Assembly (NCBI GenBank): GCA_035627515.1
Contig: DASPLQ010000012.1
Span: 906,331 to 970,330 of the forward strand
Length of the DNA: 64,000 nucleotides
Origin: Vitreimonas sp.
GTDB lineage: Bacteria > Patescibacteriota > Microgenomatia > UBA1400 > PJMF01
Direction: 5' to 3'
Shown: positions 48,327 through 57,507 of the stretch, piece after piece
Position numbering within the stretch: position 1 is the first letter of the stretch
How the letters are laid out: every line of letters starts with the position of its first letter
Program-made: the position numbers and the translations under genes
Notes under the pieces: model-generated
The model's database searches: none
What the model was told of the DNA's origin: nothing
Seen by the model: only the letters and a program-made list of their open reading frames with translations

Positions 48327-48917
48327 TTATTTATTTATATTAATTTTCCTCACCGTCATTTGAATCGCGTGGGCGGTGAAGGCATCATTGATTTTACCGT
48401 CATCAATCATTTTGAGAGCTTCATCAAAAGTAACGTAACGTTGTTCAGAGATGTCTTCGCTGGTTTCAGTCCCGTCAGTATTGGTTTGGGTGGGGTTAAT
48501 GACGACCATGAATAAAGTCACACTTTCGGTATTAAAACTATGGAGGGGGTAAAAGACACCTAATTTTTGGAGTTGATCGGTGTTGATTTGAATGCCTGCT
48601 TCTTCTTTAAGCTCGCGAACAGCGGCTTGTTCAGGGGTTTCGCCGTCATCGATGCCACCGCCTTGGACTTCCCAGCTATCAGCTTTAATGACATAACGAT
48701 ACTCTTTATGGACCAGAATTTTTTGATCACTGGTGGTGACCACTACCCCCACTCCGTTTTTTCGATTCACCCACGCATACGTACCGCTGGAGCCATCAGG
48801 AAATCCGATCTCATCCTGAAATAACTCTACCCATGCATCTTTATATATAGATTTTTGAGTTATTTTTTTGAACATGATTTTGATTATACGTCGTTTATAA
48901 TCGAAAATATGTCTCAT
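48327..48917 (-). CDS. NUDIX hydrolase
   Basis: Nudix box GGGIDDGETPEQAAVRELKEEAGI. The start may instead be the internal Met at 48876. Confidence 0.75.
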   Translation of the reverse strand: MRHIFDYKRRIIKIMFKKITQKSIYKDAWVELFQDEIGFPDGSSGTYAWVNRKNGVGVVVTTSDQKILVHKEYRYVIKADSWEVQGGGIDDGETPEQAAVRELKEEAGIQINTDQLQKLGVFYPLHSFNTESVTLFMVVINPTQTNTDGTETSEDISEQRYVTFDEALKMIDDGKINDAFTAHAIQMTVRKININK

Positions 48918-49424
48918 CTAGAAATTCGGGAAGCCACAGTCGATGATATTCCTGCCATCATCGATGCCCAGCTCGCGACTTGGATAGCTACCTATGCTGG
49001 ATTGGGTGATATTACTAAGCAAGACATTCGGCAGATTGATTTTCATGCCAATGCTCCTCAAATGCAGTTGGAAATTCAGAATGCTGGTCCACATCGGTAC
49101 TGGGTAGTGGCAAGTGATGAGCAAGTGGTGGGCTATGGTTATGCCATCAATAATCCAGAAAAACCAGAAATCAAAAGCTTATATATCTTACCAACCCAAC
49201 AAGGTTCTGGTTTAGGATCTAAGCTCATGAATGAAATGCTGACATTTTTAGCTGATCATGAAGTAGTTTTTGTAGACGTAATTGCACTCAATGAAGGAGC
49301 CATCAGGTTTTATGAGCGCTTTGGGTTTAAGGAATATAGCCGGCGAATGTCAACTCGCTTTTTAGGTGAAGCTGGTAAAACTGTGGAGGTAGTACAAATG
49401 AAGAAGGTTAGTAAAGGTAACTAA
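48909..49424 (+). CDS. GNAT-family N-acetyltransferase
   Basis: VVGYGYAI and QQGSGLGSKLM (acetyl-CoA-binding motif A), then RFYERFGF. Start at MSHLEIREATVDD. Confidence 0.75.
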   Translation: MSHLEIREATVDDIPAIIDAQLATWIATYAGLGDITKQDIRQIDFHANAPQMQLEIQNAGPHRYWVVASDEQVVGYGYAINNPEKPEIKSLYILPTQQGSGLGSKLMNEMLTFLADHEVVFVDVIALNEGAIRFYERFGFKEYSRRMSTRFLGEAGKTVEVVQMKKVSKGN

Positions 49425-49430
49425 TTTTTT

Positions 49431-50126
49431 ATGTCAGTCGAACGTAACGATATGCAGTTAAGGATGAAGGCTTTAGAACTAGCTCGGAAGGATGCCGAGG
49501 TGCAATTAAATCAAATCCACACAGATTTAATTTATAGATCTAAGGCCTTAATTCAGGTGCTCGATTTGAGTAAATATCAGGTCAGAAAAAAAGAACCAAT
49601 AACCTTAGATAAAGTGAAGCTCGATAAAATTGTCAGGGCTTTCATGGAAAAAGCTAGTGAGTATCCCACACCATTACAACACGATTTATTTCAAGCAATC
49701 GAGCAGCAGGCCCGTCATACAGATATTAGTAACGTACTGAGATTAGTGGTGCCCGACTTCAATGAGTATGCAAAGTTAATGAAACAAAGACAGTTCAATC
49801 AGTTGCCACGCAAACTTACATTAGAAATGAATAATGAACTTCAGGCAGCTTTTTCTAAAGCTTACTTTAAAGATCGCAAAATTCACAGTTTTTTAGTTTA
49901 TCTTTTACAAGGTATTAAAGTCCTCAAGTTGGAATTGAGAGGGCAATTAGAACTGGCGCAAGAAAGTAAGGATATTGATCCTGTTGACCCCCCTGAACAC
50001 ATCAAGAAATACAGACAATTTTTAACATGGATTCAGAACTTTGAGGACAATGTAGATGCACTGGGTGATGCGTTAGTTTTAGCTCGGACCTGGGGGTTTG
50101 ATACCATAGATCGGCTACAGAATTAA
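49431..50126 (+). CDS. Hypothetical protein (231 aa)
   Basis: Coiled-coil-like N-terminus. No recognised motif. Confidence 0.4.
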   Translation: MSVERNDMQLRMKALELARKDAEVQLNQIHTDLIYRSKALIQVLDLSKYQVRKKEPITLDKVKLDKIVRAFMEKASEYPTPLQHDLFQAIEQQARHTDISNVLRLVVPDFNEYAKLMKQRQFNQLPRKLTLEMNNELQAAFSKAYFKDRKIHSFLVYLLQGIKVLKLELRGQLELAQESKDIDPVDPPEHIKKYRQFLTWIQNFEDNVDALGDALVLARTWGFDTIDRLQN

Positions 50127-50130
50127 TATC

Positions 50131-50826
50131 TCACTTCACAACTTCTAACCTAATCACCTTCGCCGTTTTATCATACTTAATTTCTAAATTAGCTTTGACT
50201 CGCGATAAATGTTTATTGACAGCGTAAATGGTTTCATCGAGTAATCTTTTACAATTTTCTTCATCAGCGGGCAGGCCATACTCACTTAAAAAATGTGTCA
50301 TCAATTCGCGTGCTTTATCTCGAGAATACGTATGATCGTATTCATTCATCATCAATTCTAAAAGGAATTTTTCTTTGTGGCGCATTATTAACGGTTTGCT
50401 GTTTACCACAAAGTGTGGCTTCTGAAAGTTATATTCCAAGGTCAGCGTATGAAACTTTTTTCTCTCCTCAGGAACTCCATCAGGAGTTTCGGTAAAAAGA
50501 GCGTTAATTCTTGTCATCAAAAGTGTAATTAAAGCAGGGTAGATATCTTTTTTACCCAGACTATAAGCTACTTCTGTATGAGTGAAATTGAGTTTCACAG
50601 ATTTATTGCTAATTTGCACATAGCGGTGGCCATTAGATGAAGATGAAAATGTGGGTGTCTCCGCGGTCAGTTCTACACAGACTTCATCCGGCAGTTGTAG
50701 CAGAGGTAAGAGTTGCTGTGTAAGATCATTGAGTACGCGTTGCTGTTGGTCGCAATCCTCAATGTCTACCCAAATGGTTATGCTTTCTTTACACACGCGG
50801 TTATTGTACACAACAGATACACACAA
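50131..50826 (-). CDS. Hypothetical protein (231 aa) with a possible C-terminal winged-helix-like segment
   Basis: The C-terminal AVNKHLSRVKANLEI weakly resembles the OmpR-type recognition region. Convergent with 49431-50126. Confidence 0.35.
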   Translation of the reverse strand: MCVSVVYNNRVCKESITIWVDIEDCDQQQRVLNDLTQQLLPLLQLPDEVCVELTAETPTFSSSSNGHRYVQISNKSVKLNFTHTEVAYSLGKKDIYPALITLLMTRINALFTETPDGVPEERKKFHTLTLEYNFQKPHFVVNSKPLIMRHKEKFLLELMMNEYDHTYSRDKARELMTHFLSEYGLPADEENCKRLLDETIYAVNKHLSRVKANLEIKYDKTAKVIRLEVVK

Positions 50827-50849
50827 GAAAAGAGTTGATCTTAAGAGCT

Positions 50850-52850
50850 TTACCCAGCTCCACCCCCGCCACCTCCACCTCCTCCGCCACCCCCACCAGA
50901 ACTGCCACCTGAAGAACCGGTACCTGAAGCACCATAGCTGGCTGTGGCGGCTGATGTTAAAGAACTTAAAGCCGAGTTGAGAGATGAAAAACTTTCCGTG
51001 ACTGCATTCAGGCCACTTGTAGCAGAGGTCAGGTTAGCATCGTTACTGCTCAACCCACCCCAGTGGTGAATCAAGTGGGCTTGAGCCTCAGGCGGAAAGG
51101 CAATCGGAAATTGTGACAGTGTTTTGGCTGAGATGCCCAGAAGCGTGCCGTAGACTAAATACTTTTCCCACAGAATAATTGAGTCGATGGGGTATTGGGC
51201 TGTTTTTCGATAGTCTTTGAGATGCTTTTTGAAAGCTAGCCACTGGGCAGCTTCTTGTTCTCCTTCAGGAGTGCGCTTTTGACCATAATGAGAGAACATG
51301 CCACTGATAATTAAAAAGGCGGTGTTGATGACCATACCAATAATGGCTAAAGCCAAGAGTGGTGTGCCTTCAAAACTGGAAATGCCAAAAAAGAACAAAA
51401 TCCCATACAACACCTCGATGCCAATAATGACTCCCAACCATTTTGACCACTTGCTGAGCTCATAGGCATGCTTATCGAGGAGACCATTTTTAACGTTTTG
51501 TTCCAGGGCTAATTTCTGTAGCCGCTGAAAAAAAGCATGGGCGCTAGCTTGGTTGGTTTTGCAGTACTGAATAATGTCATCAAGTTTGATAGCATCAATT
51601 TTTTCTTCACCCGATAGCTGGTGTGTTTGCGTACCAACGCGCTCTGTCAAAAAGTGATGAATTTCGTTCTCAATCCGTGTACTGGGACCACTCTTTTTAG
51701 CTAAGGGTAATAAGTAATAGACATATTTGGGAAAAAACCAACCCTCTTTGTGATGACTGCGGACAATTTTAAAGTATTTTTGGTGAATTAAATTTAAGAT
51801 GGTGGCGGTGAAAGATTTTGGGCTCAGCGAACTGGTGCCATTGATTAATTGTTCCACTTGAGAGGGTGGCGTGGAGCTTGGTGGTTCCCAGAGACTGTCT
51901 GCCATATTGACCCGCGGCAGTGACCGATCCCAACCATGCCTCCAAAATTCTTGGCAGCGTTTTAAGAAAGCCCACGCACTGACAGCAATTAAACCAAACC
52001 CAATCAAGATCAGAATTTGATTAAAAAAACGTTGCCGGGCTTTTTTTGCTTCAGTGTCGGCTATGAACTGGGCTTCCTGATTCTCGATTTTACTTTTGGA
52101 TAATGTTCCAGCCGCTCCATTTTTGAGGACGTTTTTAGGAAAAACTACCCGACCCTCGAAAAAAGTTTCTACTGGTAACTCGGGTGAGACAAAGGTGACT
52201 GTCTGAGCATTAGGAATGGCGACGGTGCCATTGAGGGGACCATGCAGCCAAGCTTGGAGTTGATCATCTGGGACGCCGGCAGGGAGTGTCAACCGGACGG
52301 CAATATTGCTCTGGCTATGATCCCACTCGCCACCAATAAATTGCCAGTAAAGTTCGGCAATATCTTCATGTAAGGTGGCGGCGTTGGTGACTACATAGCT
52401 GGTCGTAAACGTTTCAGTTGTATTCTCCACATCATAAAACCATTTTAAATAGTACTGATCAGCTTCATCACGGACATAAAAGGTACGGGCATGGGTAGGG
52501 ATAGGATCATCATCACCTTGACCAGCTGGGACTTGGCGATAGCAGCCTATCTCATCACAGACCTGGAAGTTAGTGAGCTGATACGGTGTAGTGCGGCCAG
52601 GATTTGTTTCCTGTGAGGGAGCCTTTTTTAAGGTTTGATAGGCAAAAGAAAAACTACCGCTAAAATCATATGTTCGTTTCTCCGTGACTTTGAGAGAGCC
52701 GTCACTCTGCAGTTGAGCGTCGATGACTACTCGATCAATGGTGTACGATTTGTCAGCCTGAACTGGTGAAGCCAAGGCAGCCACCATCACCACTACCATG
52801 CCACCTGCTGTCATCATTTTGATGAGAAGGTGTTTGAGAGATTGAAACAT
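50850..52850 (-). CDS. DUF2207-like membrane protein with a poly-Gly C-terminal tail
   Basis: Signal peptide, large ecto-domain, at least 3 TM helices, and a C-terminal ...SSGGSSGGGGGGGGGGGGGAG. Confidence 0.5.
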   Translation of the reverse strand: MFQSLKHLLIKMMTAGGMVVVMVAALASPVQADKSYTIDRVVIDAQLQSDGSLKVTEKRTYDFSGSFSFAYQTLKKAPSQETNPGRTTPYQLTNFQVCDEIGCYRQVPAGQGDDDPIPTHARTFYVRDEADQYYLKWFYDVENTTETFTTSYVVTNAATLHEDIAELYWQFIGGEWDHSQSNIAVRLTLPAGVPDDQLQAWLHGPLNGTVAIPNAQTVTFVSPELPVETFFEGRVVFPKNVLKNGAAGTLSKSKIENQEAQFIADTEAKKARQRFFNQILILIGFGLIAVSAWAFLKRCQEFWRHGWDRSLPRVNMADSLWEPPSSTPPSQVEQLINGTSSLSPKSFTATILNLIHQKYFKIVRSHHKEGWFFPKYVYYLLPLAKKSGPSTRIENEIHHFLTERVGTQTHQLSGEEKIDAIKLDDIIQYCKTNQASAHAFFQRLQKLALEQNVKNGLLDKHAYELSKWSKWLGVIIGIEVLYGILFFFGISSFEGTPLLALAIIGMVINTAFLIISGMFSHYGQKRTPEGEQEAAQWLAFKKHLKDYRKTAQYPIDSIILWEKYLVYGTLLGISAKTLSQFPIAFPPEAQAHLIHHWGGLSSNDANLTSATSGLNAVTESFSSLNSALSSLTSAATASYGASGTGSSGGSSGGGGGGGGGGGGGAG

Positions 52851-53306
52851 TTATTTCCTTTGCAGCAGCACTTTTTCTATGATGGCGCGTTGTTCTTCTA
52901 TTATAGTACTGGGGAGTTCAAAAAAGGTGTTAAGTTTATCTGAGAGCAGATTGGGTAACTCAGCCTCATCAGCCAATCGACATTGAAAAGCAATCCCTAC
53001 TGACCAGCCAAAGCCACGCTCTTTTTCTTCACTCGGATACTCGATATATCCGATCTGTTCTTCGATCTCAACTTCCACGCCCAGCTCTTCCCCGGCAATC
53101 CTGTGCACAGCGTCGTGAAGTGTTTCCTGGTAATAGACGGTGCCACCAGGAATATGCCATGAATTTTGCCAAGATGATTCTTCACGCCAAGTAAGTATCA
53201 CGCCTTGGGTGGTCATGACGACCACCTCCACAGTCAAGCGTGGTACCTGAGAGTAAATATGTTTAAACTCATCGGCGGTGAAGGGGAAGGAACGAGACTG
53301 TGTCAT
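52851..53306 (-). CDS. NUDIX hydrolase
   Basis: Nudix box PGGTVYYQETLHDAVHRIAGEELGVEV. Confidence 0.65.
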   Translation of the reverse strand: MTQSRSFPFTADEFKHIYSQVPRLTVEVVVMTTQGVILTWREESSWQNSWHIPGGTVYYQETLHDAVHRIAGEELGVEVEIEEQIGYIEYPSEEKERGFGWSVGIAFQCRLADEAELPNLLSDKLNTFFELPSTIIEEQRAIIEKVLLQRK

Positions 53307-54543
53307 GCTTTACAATATAACAATGGTGACAGCTCATGCCCAGCGGGTTTTTCAGCGTAATACTAAGTTGTTGTACATAGTGGAGTTTTTCTTTTCCGCT
53401 ATTTTTCTGATTCCGGTTTGGGTGATGTACATGTTGCAGTACCTGAGCTTGAGTGAGTTTGCCTTAATTGAGACGATCATTTTTGCTTTGCAGTTAATCA
53501 TGGAGTTACCAACTGGTGCCTTTGCTGACTTAGTGGGTAAAAAGTGGTCGATGGCGGCAGGGTCTTTTTTCAAGGGTGTAGCCATGATCGCTTTTTTGAT
53601 GGCACGCGATTTTGAAGCCTTTGCAGTCTATGCCATTTTAATGGGCATCGGTGAAGCCCTTATCTCTGGCGCACATGAGGCTTTACTGTACGATACCCTA
53701 AAAGAAGCTCGGCAAGAAAGACATTTTGATCAGTGGCAAAGTAAATACACGTTAGTGTTTCAATTGGGAGTAGCAACGACTACTTTAGCCGGGGGCTTAC
53801 TGGGGGGAATTAATCTTGTTTTCCCGATTGCGTTAACTATGCTAATGCATTTTTGCAGTGCACTGGCCATTTGTTTTTTAATTGAACCTCTGCCGGATAC
53901 TGAAAAGTTCACACTCAAACGTTACTTACTTCAAACTAAGCTCGGCACACAAGAACTTTTCAAATCTCGATATAATTTGAAAATTTCTCTTTTTTACATT
54001 TTAGTAGGGGGTATTAGCTGGGCCTGTCAGTTGACGTTTAATAATTTGTTTATGGTTACCCTGAAATATACCGCTACTGAGCTTGGCATCGCTTTTGCTA
54101 CGATGCGTGTCTTCAATAGCCTAGTCTTGTTTAGATTATTAAATTTTAGTAAAGCTTTTACAAAACCCCGGACATTTATTTTTTTCCCGCTATTATTAAT
54201 GATCTCGCTTACACCCGCACTATGGCTGAGTAAGTGGATAGCGTTGCCATTTGTGGCAGGCTCGATGTTAGCTTCTACTGCCCGGTGGGCAATTCTAGGC
54301 AAGTACACCAATCAAGTTTTTGATTCTAAAAAGCGGGCCACGGCTATTTCTGCTTTAAGTATGGGCATCAATATTTTTTATGTTGGTTTATTACTACTGA
54401 GTGGCCCAATCATGCAATGGTGGGGAGGTCCGGCTATTGTTTTGAGTGTGTTAGGAATAACTGCAACAGTTTTATTATTGCCCTTAGGTTTACATATTGC
54501 TCGCTCGTATAGTAATGAAGAGGCGTCAAGTTCAGAAACCTAA
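53278..54543 (+). CDS. MFS-family transporter
   Basis: 12 predicted TM helices. PTGAFADLVGKKW loop 2-3 motif. Confidence 0.6.
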   Translation: MKGKERDCVMLYNITMVTAHAQRVFQRNTKLLYIVEFFFSAIFLIPVWVMYMLQYLSLSEFALIETIIFALQLIMELPTGAFADLVGKKWSMAAGSFFKGVAMIAFLMARDFEAFAVYAILMGIGEALISGAHEALLYDTLKEARQERHFDQWQSKYTLVFQLGVATTTLAGGLLGGINLVFPIALTMLMHFCSALAICFLIEPLPDTEKFTLKRYLLQTKLGTQELFKSRYNLKISLFYILVGGISWACQLTFNNLFMVTLKYTATELGIAFATMRVFNSLVLFRLLNFSKAFTKPRTFIFFPLLLMISLTPALWLSKWIALPFVAGSMLASTARWAILGKYTNQVFDSKKRATAISALSMGINIFYVGLLLLSGPIMQWWGGPAIVLSVLGITATVLLLPLGLHIARSYSNEEASSSET

Positions 54544-54586
54544 TTGACAGATAATTCCTGCCTATGAAATACTTATCACCATATAT

Positions 54587-54772
54587 ATGAAGAAAAAAAC
54601 CACTGCCCCAGTTAGAAGTACTAGTTCTCGAACTTCCATGTTTCCTGAATCAATGACCAAAGTCACCCCTTTCTCAAAAGCGCTGGCCATGGTGTTGTTC
54701 GTGACCTTACCTTTTGTGGGTTTTATCTTGGGGATGATTTACCAACAGTCCTTAATGGGCGTTGGCTTGTAA
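54587..54772 (+). CDS. Small hypothetical tail-anchored protein (61 aa)
   Basis: Basic N-terminus and a C-terminal TM. Confidence 0.25.
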   Translation: MKKKTTAPVRSTSSRTSMFPESMTKVTPFSKALAMVLFVTLPFVGFILGMIYQQSLMGVGL

Positions 54773-55291
54773 TTTCGCAAACTCCAATAAACGCTGAATT
54801 TGCACTCGCGTGGGTCGGATAAACGTCCGGACTTTTTTGACGAGGGCAAACGCATCCTGGTAGGTGAGTCCGGTGCTGATGAGATAGGCAATAATCATGG
54901 TGGGCCCTCTACCTTCGCCGTGTGCACAGTGAATATAGACTTTGCCCCCTTGCTCAATTTCATCATCGATAAAAGCTACTCCTTGTTTGAGTTGGGCAAT
55001 AGTAGGCGCATGAAGGTCTGGGGTGGGTAAATGCAAGGTTTTAATCCAGCCTTCTTTGGAGAGATCAAGTGAGCGCGTCCGCATATTTACAATGGCAGTA
55101 ATTCCCCAGCGTTTGAAAAAATGAAGGCCTCTGCGCCGAGAATGTTGGCCACCCAGATATAGTTGCGGAGTAATCATGCTTCGTCGCAGAGTAGGGACTC
55201 CGGCAATTCGTCGCCAAATATGATCAGTGACGCGTTGCAGGTCAATCACTCTCAATCGATACCAGCTTAAGGCTTGATGTTTAATAGACAT
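54752..55291 (-). CDS. Dual-specificity/tyrosine protein phosphatase (CX5R)
   Basis: VYIHCAHGEGRGPT, an HCxxGxxR P-loop. Confidence 0.7.
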   Translation of the reverse strand: MSIKHQALSWYRLRVIDLQRVTDHIWRRIAGVPTLRRSMITPQLYLGGQHSRRRGLHFFKRWGITAIVNMRTRSLDLSKEGWIKTLHLPTPDLHAPTIAQLKQGVAFIDDEIEQGGKVYIHCAHGEGRGPTMIIAYLISTGLTYQDAFALVKKVRTFIRPTRVQIQRLLEFAKLQANAH

Positions 55292-55313
55292 AGGTTACTG
55301 CCACACTAGATAA

Positions 55314-56189
55314 TTAGCGTAAAATTTTGACTGCTTTAGGCACCACACTAATCTCTAAAGTATGATGTGGGACCACCTTATCATCTTTGACAATTGTCTG
55401 GGGTGGTTTGACGTCAATTGTCGCTGTTTTCACTTGCCAGTGTTTTAGTGTAGGCGTTGAGGTGGCTTGAGTTAACGTGCTCGAAATCATACTCAGTAAC
55501 GCGGTTAAATCGGCTGACTGAATCAGGATGACGTCTAATTTCCCATCAGTGACCTTGATATTTGGCATCATGGACATGCCTGGCAAGCCAAAGTTCCCAG
55601 CATTAGTCACCATCAAGCCCACTCCTTGCGCAGTTACTTTTTTGCCATCTAATACCATCCGATACTCTGAAGGTTGGTGGTGCATCCAATGCTCGACAGC
55701 AGCCAATGCATAGGCTAAGTTGCCATAATTATTTTTTCGTTGTCGGCTGGCACCTTTGACTTGATCAGCTGGTAAGCCCACATTCATTCGTAGTGCAAAT
55801 AGTTCATCACCACATTTACCTAAATCAATTTCCACCTCACGATGTCGCTGTTTGGTGAAAATTTTTAAGGCTGTCGCTAAATCGAGCGGCACCCCGAGCT
55901 CCTTAGCCATAATGTTAGCGGTACCACCGGGCAAAATAATCAGTGGAATAGGCTGATGAGCCAGGGCAGTAGCAGCTTCCACTAATGTGCCATCTCCACC
56001 ATAGACGGCCACGGCATCGACTTTATCTTCGATAGCTTTTTCTACGTACTTTTTTATATCGCTAGCCTTACGGGTAACAAGAGCATGCCATTCAATCTTA
56101 GTTTTGCGTAACGTTTGATTGATAAGTTTCAAAACTGGTATATCCGGTCCCGAAACCGGATTAATAATAAGATGAACACGTTTCAGCAT
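55314..56189 (-). CDS. Diacylglycerol-kinase-catalytic-domain lipid kinase (YegS/DagK family)
   Basis: INPVSG, VAVYGGDGTLVEAA, PGGTANIMA. Confidence 0.75.
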   Translation of the reverse strand: MLKRVHLIINPVSGPDIPVLKLINQTLRKTKIEWHALVTRKASDIKKYVEKAIEDKVDAVAVYGGDGTLVEAATALAHQPIPLIILPGGTANIMAKELGVPLDLATALKIFTKQRHREVEIDLGKCGDELFALRMNVGLPADQVKGASRQRKNNYGNLAYALAAVEHWMHHQPSEYRMVLDGKKVTAQGVGLMVTNAGNFGLPGMSMMPNIKVTDGKLDVILIQSADLTALLSMISSTLTQATSTPTLKHWQVKTATIDVKPPQTIVKDDKVVPHHTLEISVVPKAVKILR

Positions 56190-56225
56190 CAGTGATGCAT
56201 AGTATACTCAATAGAAACTTTTTCT

Positions 56226-57272
56226 GTGCAAGAACTTGATAAGAAACTTTCGGCTTCACCTGATCGGCTCCTCTACGTAGATGTGGCACGAGTTGCAGCG
56301 GCAGTAGCGGTAGTGGTAGTGCACGCGGCCGCGCCCTTGACCTTTGCTTTTGGCGGTATCCCGGTTTGGCAGTGGTGGATTGCCAACCTTTTTTCATCAT
56401 TTGCCCGGTGGTGTGTGCCGGTGTTTATTATGATTAGTGGGGCGCTGATGCTCGATTCCCAGCGTGAAGATAAACCTCAGCTGTTTCTCTCTAAACGTTT
56501 ATGGCGGTTGCTGATTCCGTTAGTATTTTGGTCGGTAGCATATGCCCTGTATTACCACTGGGTGAGAGGGGATGAGTTATCGCTGGGATTTAGTCTTCAG
56601 CGGATGATTTTTGATCAGCCGTATGAACATTTGTATTTTCTCTTTATTTTAGTAGAGCTGACCTTGATTACCCCGTGGCTGAAACGATTCTGGTGGCAGT
56701 TGTCGGGTCGTCAGCAAAATATATTTTTAGCGAGCATGTTACTGATGACTTTTTTGTGGCGGCCCAATCGATTTGTGGGCACGTTATTTATTCCCTATGT
56801 GAGTTACTATCTATTGGGAATATGGATCAGTACGGTCAGTGTTTCTCATCGCGCTGGCAGGTGGCTGTTAGCCATAGCCGGGTCTGCCTTGAGCTTGATT
56901 GCACTCGGAACCTATCTATTGGTGAGTCACCGTATTCCCAATAATGATGGACTCTACCTGTATACCTACACTCAACCTTTAGCACTAATTGCGAGTGTGG
57001 GGGTAATGCTGGGTTTTAAAAGTTTTTTTGCTCACCCACGGTCGTTATCGATGCGCTGGCTTCGCTGGGTACGGTTTATGGCTCCACTTACCTTTGGTAT
57101 TTATCTGATCCATCCTATAGCCTTAGATTGGTGGCAGTGGGCACTGAGTAGTATTTCTCAGAGTCTTATTTTCAAAATTCTAGAAGTTCTTATTCTAACT
57201 GTATTAAGCTTTATAACTTCTGTTGGGATAATTTGGGCGGTTAAAAGTCGATTAAAAAGTCCCATAGTTTGA
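56226..57272 (+). CDS. Acyltransferase-3 family membrane O-acyltransferase
   Basis: 10 TM helices. N-terminal LLYVDVARVAAAVAVVVVHAA resembles the Acyl_transf_3 opening. Confidence 0.55.
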   Translation: MQELDKKLSASPDRLLYVDVARVAAAVAVVVVHAAAPLTFAFGGIPVWQWWIANLFSSFARWCVPVFIMISGALMLDSQREDKPQLFLSKRLWRLLIPLVFWSVAYALYYHWVRGDELSLGFSLQRMIFDQPYEHLYFLFILVELTLITPWLKRFWWQLSGRQQNIFLASMLLMTFLWRPNRFVGTLFIPYVSYYLLGIWISTVSVSHRAGRWLLAIAGSALSLIALGTYLLVSHRIPNNDGLYLYTYTQPLALIASVGVMLGFKSFFAHPRSLSMRWLRWVRFMAPLTFGIYLIHPIALDWWQWALSSISQSLIFKILEVLILTVLSFITSVGIIWAVKSRLKSPIV

Positions 57273-57507
57273 ATTTTATTGATTGATAAAATTGATCACT
57301 TTTTGAGGATCACCTGCTTCTTCTGGAAGCCTGTTTTTCCAAGTGAGTACAAAATTTCCAGATATGAGTAGGTTTACGTGTGGTTTTTGAGCCTAAGATT
57401 ATTAATACATACCAGATGTGTTTTAATAATTATTACTATTGACAACTATATCAAACTATAGGATGATAACCCCCTTATCTATATCAAAATAGTTTAAAGT
57501 GAGGCAT

